Shown here: positions 1 through 8,503 of the stretch, one piece after another
Layout of the letters: the number at the start of each line of letters is the position of its first letter
How positions within the stretch are numbered: the stretch's first letter is position 1
Source: an uncultured Gammaproteobacteria bacterium
Lineage (GTDB): Bacteria > Pseudomonadota > Gammaproteobacteria > Arenicellales > JAANXG01
Length of the DNA: 24,000 bases
NCBI GenBank assembly: GCA_947259955.1
Contig: CAMYOI010000010.1
Span: 4,185 to 28,184, forward strand
Direction of reading: 5' to 3'
The notes under the pieces: model-generated
Told to the model about the DNA's origin: nothing
What the model saw: only the letters and a program-made list of their open reading frames with translations
The model's database searches: none
Program-made: the position numbers and the translations under genes

Positions 1-1418
1 GCGTTTACCATAAAGTTTTCACCGCTTCTTATGATGATGTTCTTGATCCTTTCTATGATGAAGAGCTCGCCGTCGATCAGAACACCCATGTCCCCCGTAT
101 TGACACGACGATCGTCGAATTCGTCGATTAGCCGTTGTCTTCCATCAACATAGCCCAGGGCGACCGAACTTCCCTGAATCACGATCTCTCCCGCGTGTCC
201 ATCGCCCGCGACGGGAGCTCCGTCCTCGTCGACCAACTTCACGTTCACTCCTTCTATCGCGGTTCCCGCCGTACACGCCGCCACCATATTTTCAGGCACC
301 GGTCCTTCGAGCTCCGATTGTTCGAAACCAGACTCTCCCGCGACTTCGATCTCCTCGTTCATGCCAATACTCTCCGGATCGATGAAGACGAAACGAGCCC
401 GGATTTCTGGGCGCGAGATCGTGGTGATGATCGTGGACTCCGCCAACCCGTAAGCAGGGCGGATCGTTTCACGGCGCACGCCGGAGCTCGAAAACCGGCG
501 GCAGAACGACGCGATGGTCGACATACGAATGGGCTCCGCGCCGATAAAAAAGTGCTTAACACCTGAAAGGTCGAGTTCGGCCATGTCCTTCTCGGAAATC
601 CTCGAGCAATAGTCGTAGCCGAAATTAGGCGCCGTGGTAATCGTGCACCGGTGCTCGCTCAACCCGCGCAGCCACAGCACGGGACGTTTTATGAACTGGG
701 TGGGCGTCATTATGTACAGCGGGTAACGGTTGCAAAAACAAAATAGAACCGTGCCAACCAGACCCATATCATGGAACAGCGGCAGCCACGTAACCATGCG
801 CTCATTCTCGTCCATGGCCACTGCGGTCCGGATACCGTGCACGTTGGCCAGGATATTGCCGTGCGATATGGCCACCGCCTTGTGGTCGCCCGTCGAAGAA
901 CTGGTGGTCTGGAAAAAGGCCGCGTCGTCCCGGCCCGGCATGCGATCCAATGCGGCACTCGGCCGGATATCGCAGTCACCCAGCGGTGATTCAACAATTC
1001 GAATCACCGCTACGGCGGCGGGAACTTCGCGATGAAACTTTTCCTGAGTATTATCCTCAAGCACCACGATCGCCGGTCTGTCGAAGCGCAACCCCCAGTG
1101 ACGAATCCTTTCAACAAGTGCATCGTGGCTGCCCAGCGCCCTGGGCATCGGGAATATCATCGGGATCAAACCGGCGGAAATTGCGCCAAAGAACGCGACC
1201 AGCGTCGGGTAAGGCGAATGGCAGGCAATCATGCAAACCGTCCCGGGCCCGTGGCCGGCATCGCGAAGTCGACTGCCAAACGCGTAGGATCTCATAACGA
1301 GTTCGGCGTAGGGAACGTGGTCGTAGTCGCGGGAAGACGTGTTCCAGAAGTGCATGCCCCGCGACGATTGATTACCGCGTGTATGATCCAACATTACATC
1401 GAGCAGATTCGAAGCCAT
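1..1418 (-). CDS. fatty acyl-AMP ligase (FAAL)-type adenylate-forming enzyme; C-terminal end runs off the window
   Basis: Absent from the supplied ORF track because it has no in-window stop. My manual minus-strand translation from the ATG at 1418 is open to base 1 (472 codons, MASNLLDVMLDH...). It contains the adenylation motifs FFQTTSSSTGDHKAV, WLPLFHDMGL, YGLAEST, TGDMG and ERIKNIIIRSGENF. The FHDMGL and RxKxxIIxxGxN forms are typical of FAAL/FadD32-like ligases. It starts 26 nt downstream of the ACP stop on the same strand. Confidence 0.85.
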   Translation of the reverse strand, partial: MASNLLDVMLDHTRGNQSSRGMHFWNTSSRDYDHVPYAELVMRSYAFGSRLRDAGHGPGTVCMIACHSPYPTLVAFFGAISAGLIPMIFPMPRALGSHDALVERIRHWGLRFDRPAIVVLEDNTQEKFHREVPAAVAVIRIVESPLGDCDIRPSAALDRMPGRDDAAFFQTTSSSTGDHKAVAISHGNILANVHGIRTAVAMDENERMVTWLPLFHDMGLVGTVLFCFCNRYPLYIMTPTQFIKRPVLWLRGLSEHRCTITTAPNFGYDYCSRISEKDMAELDLSGVKHFFIGAEPIRMSTIASFCRRFSSSGVRRETIRPAYGLAESTIITTISRPEIRARFVFIDPESIGMNEEIEVAGESGFEQSELEGPVPENMVAACTAGTAIEGVNVKLVDEDGAPVAGDGHAGEIVIQGSSVALGYVDGRQRLIDEFDDRRVNTGDMGVLIDGELFIIERIKNIIIRSGENFMVN

Positions 1419-1444
1419 GGCGGGGGGTACTGCGATAATCGATA

Positions 1445-1699
1445 TCAGCCCGCGGCGTTGTCCTGTTTGCTCATGATGACGCGGACCACGTCGTCAACCG
1501 TTGAAAGGTCCGCGGCCTCGCTGTCGGACAGCTCGATGCCGAAATGTTCTTCCATGGCAAGCACGAGTTCAATCCGCGCAAAAGAATCAAGGCCACTCTC
1601 TTCGAGGTGAAGATCGGGTTTCAGATTTTCCCGTTTGATCTTGGTTTTCTCGGACAGAATCGTTGCAACTTCCGCGATTATCATCTGATAATCCCCCAT
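1445..1699 (-). CDS. acyl carrier protein (stand-alone, non-housekeeping type)
   Basis: 84-aa ORF with a phosphopantetheine attachment motif GLDSFARIELV and an acidic helical profile. GAGG lies about 9 nt upstream of the ATG. It sits immediately upstream of the FAAL gene on the same strand. Confidence 0.85.
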   Translation of the reverse strand: MGDYQMIIAEVATILSEKTKIKRENLKPDLHLEESGLDSFARIELVLAMEEHFGIELSDSEAADLSTVDDVVRVIMSKQDNAAG

Positions 1700-1796
1700 T
1701 CGTTCTACCTCTTGAATACGACCCAGACTCCATTATCCACAGCCCGGCCAAAAAAATGTGGCGGCATTATAACTTAATCACTGTTCGAATGACCGC

Positions 1797-2450
1797 ATGC
1801 TGAAATCAGTGCGGGACAAGGTCGCGATGGCGGTTTTGCCGAGGATCGTCTGGGCATATCTAAAATTTACTGTCCTGACTTCCCGCGTGTCGACGCACGG
1901 GTCCGCATTTCCCGACCGACTTTCACGACAGGGACAAGGATTCATCTACGCCTTCTGGCACAACCGGCAAATCCTGCTTCCGGTTTTGCGAAGAGACCAA
2001 AACATTCACTGCCTGATTTCATCCAGCCGGGACGGTGAGTACGTCGCTCGGGTGGCGGCCCTGTTCGGCAAGTCAGCGATACGCGGTTCCTCCACGCGAG
2101 GCGGCTTCGAGGCCATGAAACAGATCATTCGCGTCCTGGCGAAAGGCGGCATCGTGGCAATCACACCAGACGGCCCCCTTGGACCCGCTAACGAGGTTCA
2201 GCCCGGCGTGGTCCAGGTATCCCGCGCGCAGGGTGCGCCGGTTATACCCGTAGCGTTCGATGCGAGCAGGAAAAAAGTGTTTGCGAGCTGGGATCGCTAT
2301 ATTCTCCCCGGCCCGTTCAGCAGAATCGCGGTCGTATTCGGCGAGCCGATCTGCATTGAAAAAACAGAGTCCATCGAGGCGGGCAGCGAAAGACTCAAGC
2401 ACGCCCTGGACGCGGTTACGTCCGAAACCACCCGGCTTGTATCCGGATGA
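1797..2450 (+). CDS. DUF374 / lysophospholipid-acyltransferase-like family protein
   Basis: 217-aa ORF with the family pattern FWHNRQ...ISSSRDGE...RGSSTRGG...ITPDGPLGP, which I recognise from DUF374 (LPLAT superfamily) proteins. It is divergent from the ACP-FAAL pair. Confidence 0.8.
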   Translation: MLKSVRDKVAMAVLPRIVWAYLKFTVLTSRVSTHGSAFPDRLSRQGQGFIYAFWHNRQILLPVLRRDQNIHCLISSSRDGEYVARVAALFGKSAIRGSSTRGGFEAMKQIIRVLAKGGIVAITPDGPLGPANEVQPGVVQVSRAQGAPVIPVAFDASRKKVFASWDRYILPGPFSRIAVVFGEPICIEKTESIEAGSERLKHALDAVTSETTRLVSG

Positions 2451-2514
2451 TATAATTTTGATTGTTTAACCGGATTTACGTTACGCCAAACTTAGTTTAA
2501 CAAAGAAACGGGGG

Positions 2515-3027
2515 CTAAGACTTGTGGCGATGTCTGTGCGCGGCTACTCGGCACCGCGTCGAACAAAACTTGGCGCCTCGCCGCGCAACAAAGGATTCTG
2601 CGCAATGCCGGCAGTTGGTTTGCGGTCGTGCCGCACGACGTTGTCTTGCCTGGGCGGCTAACAGCTTCTTGAAACAATCGCTGCCACAAACGAAATTCCT
2701 GGGAAGAGGGTAATCCGAGAGGAATCCCGTGATCTGATGCTGGGCCGTGTCGACTTGGATCCAGCCGCGCTGCTGTATCGTGCGACCGCAATGTACACAG
2801 AGGGCCGGAGACGTCGGAAATTTCTTGGAGTCGCGGACCTGTTTCAGTAACTGGGGTACATGTGAATTTTCAATATCTTTTGGTCCCTGATGCGGTTTGG
2901 AATGTTCGCAGAAGATGGTCACCCGGTTCCTGCCTCCACCCAGATCGTGGCGAATCCGGTAGATGCGACGTCGCTTGTCGCTTCTGCAAAGCTGGCAGGT
3001 CGCCTCTATGGGTTTGAAGTAGGTCAT
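2515..3027 (-). CDS. hypothetical Cys-rich zinc-ribbon protein
   Basis: 170-aa ORF with five Cys pairs (CQLC, CVHC, CGSDC, CRHC, CSTRC). It has a basic C-terminal FCSTRCRVAAHRHRHKS tail of the kind seen in small zinc-ribbon proteins. No family is recognised. Confidence 0.55.
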   Translation of the reverse strand: MTYFKPIEATCQLCRSDKRRRIYRIRHDLGGGRNRVTIFCEHSKPHQGPKDIENSHVPQLLKQVRDSKKFPTSPALCVHCGRTIQQRGWIQVDTAQHQITGFLSDYPLPRNFVCGSDCFKKLLAAQARQRRAARPQTNCRHCAESFVARRGAKFCSTRCRVAAHRHRHKS

Positions 3028-3236
3028 ATGCTTTCAATCTCCGGCAAGTATGGCCCGGCCGTCTTGGCCAAATCGTCTTGCCAGTATAGCACTATGCTAC
3101 TCGTTACATCACGCTTCGATTTAACCCGCATCGGATATGCGGCTTCGCTGGATTCAAATCCGCCATACCATGCACGATTCGAACACCCTTGCATTGAGAA
3201 CAATCTGAACGGACGGGGAATCCAGTGGTTCATTAC

Positions 3237-3749
3237 TCAATCCTTGCCGGTAATATCCGAACATTGCACGCGTTTCGCTGCCGCCTGTGTTTTTGCGGCC
3301 GTCCACTGCCGCATCAGTTCTTCGTCGCTTGGAGGTTCGGTTTCGTAACATGTTTCATGGTCCGTATTGACCCTCAGCCACGCTTGCTTTCTTTTTATCC
3401 AAAGATGGCAGGTCGGCTGCAGCCAGGTCGAATCGTCCAGACTTCCTGCTTTGATGCTGAGAATATCCATACCATCGTCGTTTGCGTGATAGATGCGGGT
3501 GCCGCACGTGTCGCAAAACGCACAGATCTTTTCCGCGCCGCTGTCGCCTCTGGTGGACCAGAAAGACAACTTTCCGGACGTGAACTCAACCGCGTCGCGA
3601 TGTACCCACATCGACATACCGAATGCACTGGAAGACTGTTTTTGACAGTGCAGGCAATGGCACACATAAAGAGCCTTCGGCTCATCGGTCAATCTGTACC
3701 TGACCTGGCCGCACTGGCAGCCTCCGGTTGACCCCATGTACGTATTCAT
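3237..3749 (-). CDS. GFA (glutathione-dependent formaldehyde-activating / CENP-V-like) family protein
   Basis: 170-aa ORF with an N-terminal GGCQCGQVRY...CHCLHCQK...CDTCGT zinc-Cys pattern characteristic of the GFA family. It lies 19 nt downstream of the PLP enzyme gene on the same strand. Confidence 0.85.
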   Translation of the reverse strand: MNTYMGSTGGCQCGQVRYRLTDEPKALYVCHCLHCQKQSSSAFGMSMWVHRDAVEFTSGKLSFWSTRGDSGAEKICAFCDTCGTRIYHANDDGMDILSIKAGSLDDSTWLQPTCHLWIKRKQAWLRVNTDHETCYETEPPSDEELMRQWTAAKTQAAAKRVQCSDITGKD

Positions 3750-3768
3750 TGGAGAAATAACTTACAGT

Positions 3769-5031
3769 CTACAACGCCTGCTCCAGATCCCGAATCAGAT
3801 CTTCCTCGTCTTCGATGCCCACCGAGAATCTAACCATTCCGTCCGAGATGCCCATCGACGCCCTGCGTTCCGGGCCCATTTCGTAAAAGATGGTATGGGC
3901 GACCGGTATGGCCAGTGTGCGATTGTCGCCCAGGTTGCTCGATTTGACGATTAGATCGAGAGTATTCAAGAACCTGAAGCAGTCCACGCCGTCGGCAAGT
4001 TCTATACTCAAAATCGTTCCATAGGCGCCAAACAGCCGGCTGGCTCTGTCATGCTCGGGATGGCCGTCCTCGCCGGGATAGAAAACCCGGCTAACCGACT
4101 TGTGCAAACCCAGATACCCTGCCATGGCCATCGCATTTTCACAGGCACGCGCCATCCTCAAACCCAGTGTTTCCGAGCCCACTGCGAGCATGTGCGCTGA
4201 ATCGGAAGACAGCGTCGCACCGCTGTCGCGCAGCCCCTTCTTCCGTACCTGTAACAGGCCCCACTTCTGCTCGTCGCCCTTTTTATACTGGTCATATATA
4301 TGAGGATACGACGCCCAGTCGAACAGTCCGGTATCCGTTACCGAGCCGCCCAGTACATTGCCGTGGCCTCCGATATACTTGGTCAACGAGTGAATGACGA
4401 GGTGGGCACCGACGGAGGCGGGTTGAAAAAGATACGGCGTTGTCAGCGTATTGTCCACGATGTACAGCAGGCCGGCTTCCCCGCACAGTTTGCCTATTCC
4501 TTCGAGATCCGCGACCTGCGTTCGAGGATTTGCAATGGTTTCGACGAAAACGACTTTGGTGTTCGACCTGATCTCGGAAGCGACAGTCCCGGTCGATGTC
4601 GAGTCGACGAAACTGACCTCGACGCCGAACTGTCTGAAGGTTTTGAACAGGCTGTCGGTGTTCCCGAACAGGAAGGAACTCGCGATCAAATGATCTCCTG
4701 CACGCAACAGCGTCAGTAAAGTGGCGCAGATAGCCGCCATGCCGGTGGCAAAACACACCGTTGACACACCGTTTTCCATCAGGGTGATCTTATCCTCCAG
4801 AGCCGCGACCGTTGGGTTACCTTGCCTGCCGTAAGCGTATCCCTGCTGCTTACCCTGAAAAACCGCGGCCAGATCCTCCGCCCTCTCATAACCAAAAGCA
4901 ACGGAGTTGTGGATCGGCTTGTGAAGCGAACCGTGCTCGATGTTTTTCTGTCTGTCGCAGTGCAGAATACTCGTGGTAAACCCTTTCCTGTGCGGACCAC
5001 GGTTTACAATGGGTTTGACTTTCGGGCTCAT
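3769..5031 (-). CDS. Cys/Met-metabolism PLP-dependent enzyme (O-acetyl/O-succinyl-homoserine sulfhydrylase / cystathionine gamma-synthase family)
   Basis: 420-aa ORF with YGRQGNPTVAALEDKI, ATGMAAI, a DNT motif and the PLP-lysine motif SLTKYIGGHG. Subfamily and substrate cannot be assigned by eye. Confidence 0.85.
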   Translation of the reverse strand: MSPKVKPIVNRGPHRKGFTTSILHCDRQKNIEHGSLHKPIHNSVAFGYERAEDLAAVFQGKQQGYAYGRQGNPTVAALEDKITLMENGVSTVCFATGMAAICATLLTLLRAGDHLIASSFLFGNTDSLFKTFRQFGVEVSFVDSTSTGTVASEIRSNTKVVFVETIANPRTQVADLEGIGKLCGEAGLLYIVDNTLTTPYLFQPASVGAHLVIHSLTKYIGGHGNVLGGSVTDTGLFDWASYPHIYDQYKKGDEQKWGLLQVRKKGLRDSGATLSSDSAHMLAVGSETLGLRMARACENAMAMAGYLGLHKSVSRVFYPGEDGHPEHDRASRLFGAYGTILSIELADGVDCFRFLNTLDLIVKSSNLGDNRTLAIPVAHTIFYEMGPERRASMGISDGMVRFSVGIEDEEDLIRDLEQAL

Positions 5032-5041
5032 TGACGTTTAC

Positions 5042-6073
5042 TCACACCGCATCTTTTAGTCCCAGACGCTCATGCAGCCTGGTACTGGTTGTAGTGTACT
5101 GCAAGTGGATCTTTGCTTCTGGATCCAGATGTTGCTTCACTGCGAACGACGCCAGAGCCGCCTCGTGGAACCCACTCAATATAAGTTTTTTCTTGCCGGG
5201 ATAGGTATTGATATCACCGATCGCAAACACGCCCGGTATGCTGGTCTGAAATTTCTCCGTGTCGACCATGATCTGGTTCTTGACGCGGTCCAAACCCCAT
5301 TCTGCGATGGGCCCGAGCTTTGGCGACAGCCCATAGAAAACCAGCAGATGGTCGAGTTCTATGTCGCGGGTGACCGAATCGGCTCCGAGTACGCCCAGCG
5401 TTTTCAGAACTTCACCCTGCCGCTGAAGGCTTACGACGTTGCCCTGCATGAATCCGGCTTCACCGCGCTCCACGCATCTCATTAACTTCGACACCGATGC
5501 CGGCGCCGCCCTGAAAGTTTTCGACCGGTGAATCAACGTAACCTCCCGTGCGACACCCTGCAGCTCCAACGCCCAGTCCAGGGCGGAATCACCGCCACCA
5601 AGGACGACGATGCGCGTGCCTGCAAAAGTATCCGGGTCGGACACCCGGTAGTGGATCACCCTATCTTCCAGGTCATCGATGTCGTTGAGCTTAAGCCTGC
5701 GCGGCTGGAATGCGCCGACACCGGCCGCGATGACCACGGTCTTTGCGGTGAATTCTGTTCCGCTGCTCGTGCGCAGATAAAATTTAGCGTCCTCGAGCCT
5801 CTCAATGACCTGCACTTCCTGACCCAGATGAAATGTCGGACTGAAGGGCTGGATCTGTTTGAGTAATCGATCCACCAGCTCCTGGGCGTCGCATACCGGC
5901 AGCGCAGGGATGTCGTAGATGGGCTTGTCCGGATACAGCTCAGAGCACTGCCCGCCCGGCTGCGGCAATGTGTCCACGACATGGGCGTGGATATCGAGCA
6001 AACCCAGTTCGAATACCTGGAACAGTCCTGCAGGACCTGCGCCGATAATCACTGCGTCGGCATCGATCATCAT
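5042..6073 (-). CDS. ferredoxin--NADP(+) reductase, thioredoxin-reductase-like type
   Basis: 343-aa ORF with an FAD GxGxxG motif (IIGAGPAGL) and a second dinucleotide fold ([12 protein letters not shown]). Its C-terminal [22 protein letters not shown] is typical of TrxR-type FNRs, and it lacks the TrxR CxxC redox pair. It ends 10 nt upstream of the PLP enzyme start. Confidence 0.88.
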   Translation of the reverse strand: MMIDADAVIIGAGPAGLFQVFELGLLDIHAHVVDTLPQPGGQCSELYPDKPIYDIPALPVCDAQELVDRLLKQIQPFSPTFHLGQEVQVIERLEDAKFYLRTSSGTEFTAKTVVIAAGVGAFQPRRLKLNDIDDLEDRVIHYRVSDPDTFAGTRIVVLGGGDSALDWALELQGVAREVTLIHRSKTFRAAPASVSKLMRCVERGEAGFMQGNVVSLQRQGEVLKTLGVLGADSVTRDIELDHLLVFYGLSPKLGPIAEWGLDRVKNQIMVDTEKFQTSIPGVFAIGDINTYPGKKKLILSGFHEAALASFAVKQHLDPEAKIHLQYTTTSTRLHERLGLKDAV

Positions 6074-6531
6074 CGTTTCCCCACTTCCTTTTCGCTGGGT
6101 GGGGTGGGTAGAACGTGGCCGTTGGAACCCGAGGGGTTCCCGCCATGAGTTAGTGAAATATGCGGCATGAAATCCTCTTGCAGACGAACGAAAAGCATAC
6201 CGGGGTCGTTGATTGACGGGGCAAACGCTTGCTAATCCCGGCCCGAAAACTGCGGGGAAGCGCGGGTATCGACTTGGGTCTGGGTTAGGGTAACTAGGGC
6301 GTCGGATTCAAACCTGCGAGCGATACCATGCGTTCCCCATGGTACAGATGCAGCAGCACGACGCCATCCGCATGGGTGACGGGGTCAATACGCATGATAT
6401 GGTCTGAACCAAGGACACCGCCGCATCGTAGCAATCTATCCGATGCTCCGCAAGCGCGGTTTTACGGCAAATCAAGACGCCGCGCCGTCACCGGCCTGCC
6501 GACAAAATAGCTGCGCCGAGCGGCGATTTTA

Positions 6532-6560
6532 TTGACGAACGTTCAATTTCGCCCGACAAT
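6532..6560 (+). promoter_or_regulatory. candidate sigma70-type promoter for the 6587 gene
   Basis: TTGACG (6532-6537), a 17-nt spacer, then GACAAT (6555-6560), about 27 nt upstream of the ATG. This is a pattern match only. Confidence 0.3.
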
Positions 6561-6586
6561 AAATAAAAACATGTTGGTGGTGACTG

Positions 6587-7285
6587 ATGAATACTGGCAG
6601 CGGTAATCTAGACCACACAATCGAACTGCTTCGCAATCTTATCGAGCGATCCCCGGCGGATTGCCGCAATCGCTTGCGATTACTGGCGCTGCTTCATGCC
6701 AACGGCCGGAAATACGATTTCGTCGCGGAAGCGCGCCAATACAAAGACAACTGCGATCTCACCTTCGATACGAACTGGGGGCAAGTATGCGAAATGGGAA
6801 AAGAACTCGATCCAGGAAACGAATTTTTTGGAAAACTGCCTCGATTGAAAAACCTGCCACCCGACAACGGGCGCTCCTCGGGAACACGCCTCAAAACCAG
6901 ATCACGTCCGGTTCGAAAACCACAAACTGAGCAGGCCAAACCTGACCGGGAACCTGAACGAAAAGCACCGGTCCAGGAAGCGCCACACGATGATTCCGAT
7001 CGGCGCGAGTTTACTGAACGGCGTGCGGAAGATCGCCGCAAGAACTTCTCGGCATGGTTCGGGGAAGAGCGCAGGAAGTATCAGCGGCGACCGATCGGCG
7101 CGAGTTTACTGAACGGCGTGCGGAAGATCGCCGCAAGAACTTCTCGGCATGGTTCGGGGAAGAGCGCAGGAAGTATCAGCGGCGACGGAAAAGACGCCGC
7201 GGTGCAGATACCAGCGTGCGCAGGAAGTCCTAGCCCGCATTTCTCACCAGGATCCCGAGCGATGGCGCAGGACAGGTGCCGATGA
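6587..7285 (+). CDS. hypothetical protein with an Arg/Glu-rich C-terminal region; reading frame altered by an internal 95-bp tandem duplication
   Basis: 232-aa ORF as it stands. The N-terminal ~70 aa look helical-repeat-like (LDHTIELLRNLIERSPADCRNRLRLLALLHANGRKYDFVAEARQY). After residue 168 the second repeat copy is read in a different frame. Removing one copy gives a 183-aa product ending ...EERRKYQRRRKRRRGADTSVRRKS with a stop at 7231-7233. Confidence 0.5.
   Translation: MNTGSGNLDHTIELLRNLIERSPADCRNRLRLLALLHANGRKYDFVAEARQYKDNCDLTFDTNWGQVCEMGKELDPGNEFFGKLPRLKNLPPDNGRSSGTRLKTRSRPVRKPQTEQAKPDREPERKAPVQEAPHDDSDRREFTERRAEDRRKNFSAWFGEERRKYQRRPIGASLLNGVRKIAARTSRHGSGKSAGSISGDGKDAAVQIPACAGSPSPHFSPGSRAMAQDRCR
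6996..7185. repeat. perfect tandem direct duplication, 2 x 95 bp
   Basis: Bases 6996-7090 and 7091-7185 are identical by direct comparison (ccgatcggcgcgagtttactgaacggcgtgcggaagatcgccgcaagaacttctcggcatggttcggggaagagcgcaggaagtatcagcggcga). The match extends one further base (c at 7091 and 7186). The period of 95 is not a multiple of 3. Confidence 0.95.
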
Positions 7286-7603
7286 ATGCCGGGCTGAAAA
7301 ATGCTTCTGGAGAGCATTTTCGCGCAAGCCCCACAGGGATGAGACGCATAGCCGGTGCTATGGATCGAATGAAGCCCAAGTTCAGCGTGGCCTGGACCAG
7401 TCAGCGCCAGGATAGGCGTTTCCAAGACACTCTGTTTTCTTGACAAATCCATAGACTTCAATGTTTGCAATGCTTAACAAGCATCCATAGCCGCCTGGGG
7501 GGTAATGCGGGCTAATTGGCATCGCATATCATAGCTGTTGCCCGACCCAGGCTGATTGTGGGAGCATCCCCGCCTTTTCAGCTTGAAGCGCGAAGATCGC
7601 CGA

Positions 7604-8502
7604 ATGAACCGCCATAAATCCAACGCACACCTGCGAGAACTTGCACTGCTGTTCGTGCTGGCAATCATTTGGAGTTCGTCTTTCATGTTCATCAAGGTGG
7701 CGGTGACAACGATTTCTCCGCTGACGCTTTCATTCACCCGCATCTTGATGGCGGCCGTGGTGCTTGCGCTGTATGCGTTCTACCGGGGCGATAGACTGGA
7801 CTGCCCCGGGACTGGAGCACCTGGGTGGCAGCCTGCATCGTCGGCTTGCTGGGAAACGTGCTGCCGTTTTCCCTCATTCACTGGGGAGAGCAGTATGTAG
7901 ACAGCAGCTTGACCGCAATCCTGATGGGGGTAATGCCAGTGGCGGTGGCTTTGATGGCCCATTTCGCAACCGAATCCGACCCGTTGACGGCGCGGAGAGC
8001 TGTCGGAATCGCGATCGGTTTCACGGGTCTTGTGATACTGATCGGACTGGACGCACTGGGCGGACTGGGCACGGCAATTTTCGCCCAGATCGCCATTATG
8101 TCGGCGGCGCTGAGTTACAGCGTCACCACCATATTCGTCAGGCGCGTGACCCACCTCACCGGACGGCCCATGGCCGTTGCCACCCTGATCTGTGGCGCAA
8201 CCATACTGCTGCCGCTCGCCTTCGTGTACGAACAACCGCTGTCGCTGTCACCGGGCTGGCCGGCCCTAGGTTCGCTGTTCATGCTGGGAGTCTTTTCCAC
8301 GGGTATCGCAACCCTGATGTACTTCCGGTTGATACATACACTCGGCGCCACCACTTTTTCCCAGATCAATTATCTGATCCCGATGATGGGGGTGGGATGG
8401 GGTGCACTCGTGCTCCATGAACAACCGGGCGTTCGCGAGGCCATCGCCCTGGCGTTGATCCTTGCCGGCGTGTCGCTGGTCAACCAAAAAAAACGATCCT
8501 GA
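7604..8502 (+). pseudogene. EamA/DMT-family transporter, frameshifted
   Basis: The ORFs at 7556..7900 and 7825..8502 are the N- and C-terminal parts of one 10-TM EamA-type protein (LAIIWSSSFMFIKVAV...; ...GNVLPFSLIHWGEQYVDSSLTAILMG...). The frames differ by +2. The junction coincides with the tandem pentanucleotide gactg-gactg at 7794-7803. Deleting one copy gives ...FYRGDRLPRDWSTWVAACIVGLL... and a 297-aa product from the ATG at 7604. Confidence 0.8.
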
Positions 8503-8503
8503 A

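Noticed and set aside
3126-3175. tRNA-like sequence: a ccgca/tgcgg stem with a 7-nt loop, followed by ggattcaaatcc (T-loop-like) and ...atacca
   Set aside because: I could not fold a cloverleaf. The T-stem pairs only 3-4 of 5 positions, the loop is offset from the canonical TTCRANN register, no complementary 5' acceptor strand exists upstream, and the distance to CCA is too short. At most it is a degenerate fragment.
6264-6331. Second T-loop-like segment (ggattcaaacc) followed by gagcgat-a-cca, which looks like a tRNA 3' end. It shares the 9-mers ggattcaaa and ataccatgc with the 3150-3173 segment, raising the idea of att-like direct repeats flanking the 3.2-6.1 kb operon.
   Set aside because: The best 5' partner (atcgact at 6269-6275) pairs only 5 of 7 positions and gives a 57-nt molecule, too short for a tRNA. 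The two shared 9-mers have different spacing (6 versus 10 nt). By rough estimate such a coincidence in 24 kb is not very improbable. There is no integrase or other island gene between them.
6294-6395. 33-aa minus-strand ORF ([33 protein letters not shown]) in the long spacer
   Set aside because: It is too short, has no recognisable RBS or family, and the upstream in-frame sequence closes at a TAA. It may be a gene remnant, but that is unsupported.
7297-7322. AT-rich 9-bp hairpin gaaaatgct-N7-agcattttc downstream of the reconstructed stop of the 6587 gene; also direct atccatag repeats and an atgctt-aac-aagcat palindrome at 7447-7491
   Set aside because: The stems are short and AT-rich, with no U-tract or clear promoter geometry (TTGACA at 7440-7445 lacks a properly spaced -10). 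They are noted as possible regulatory sequence only.
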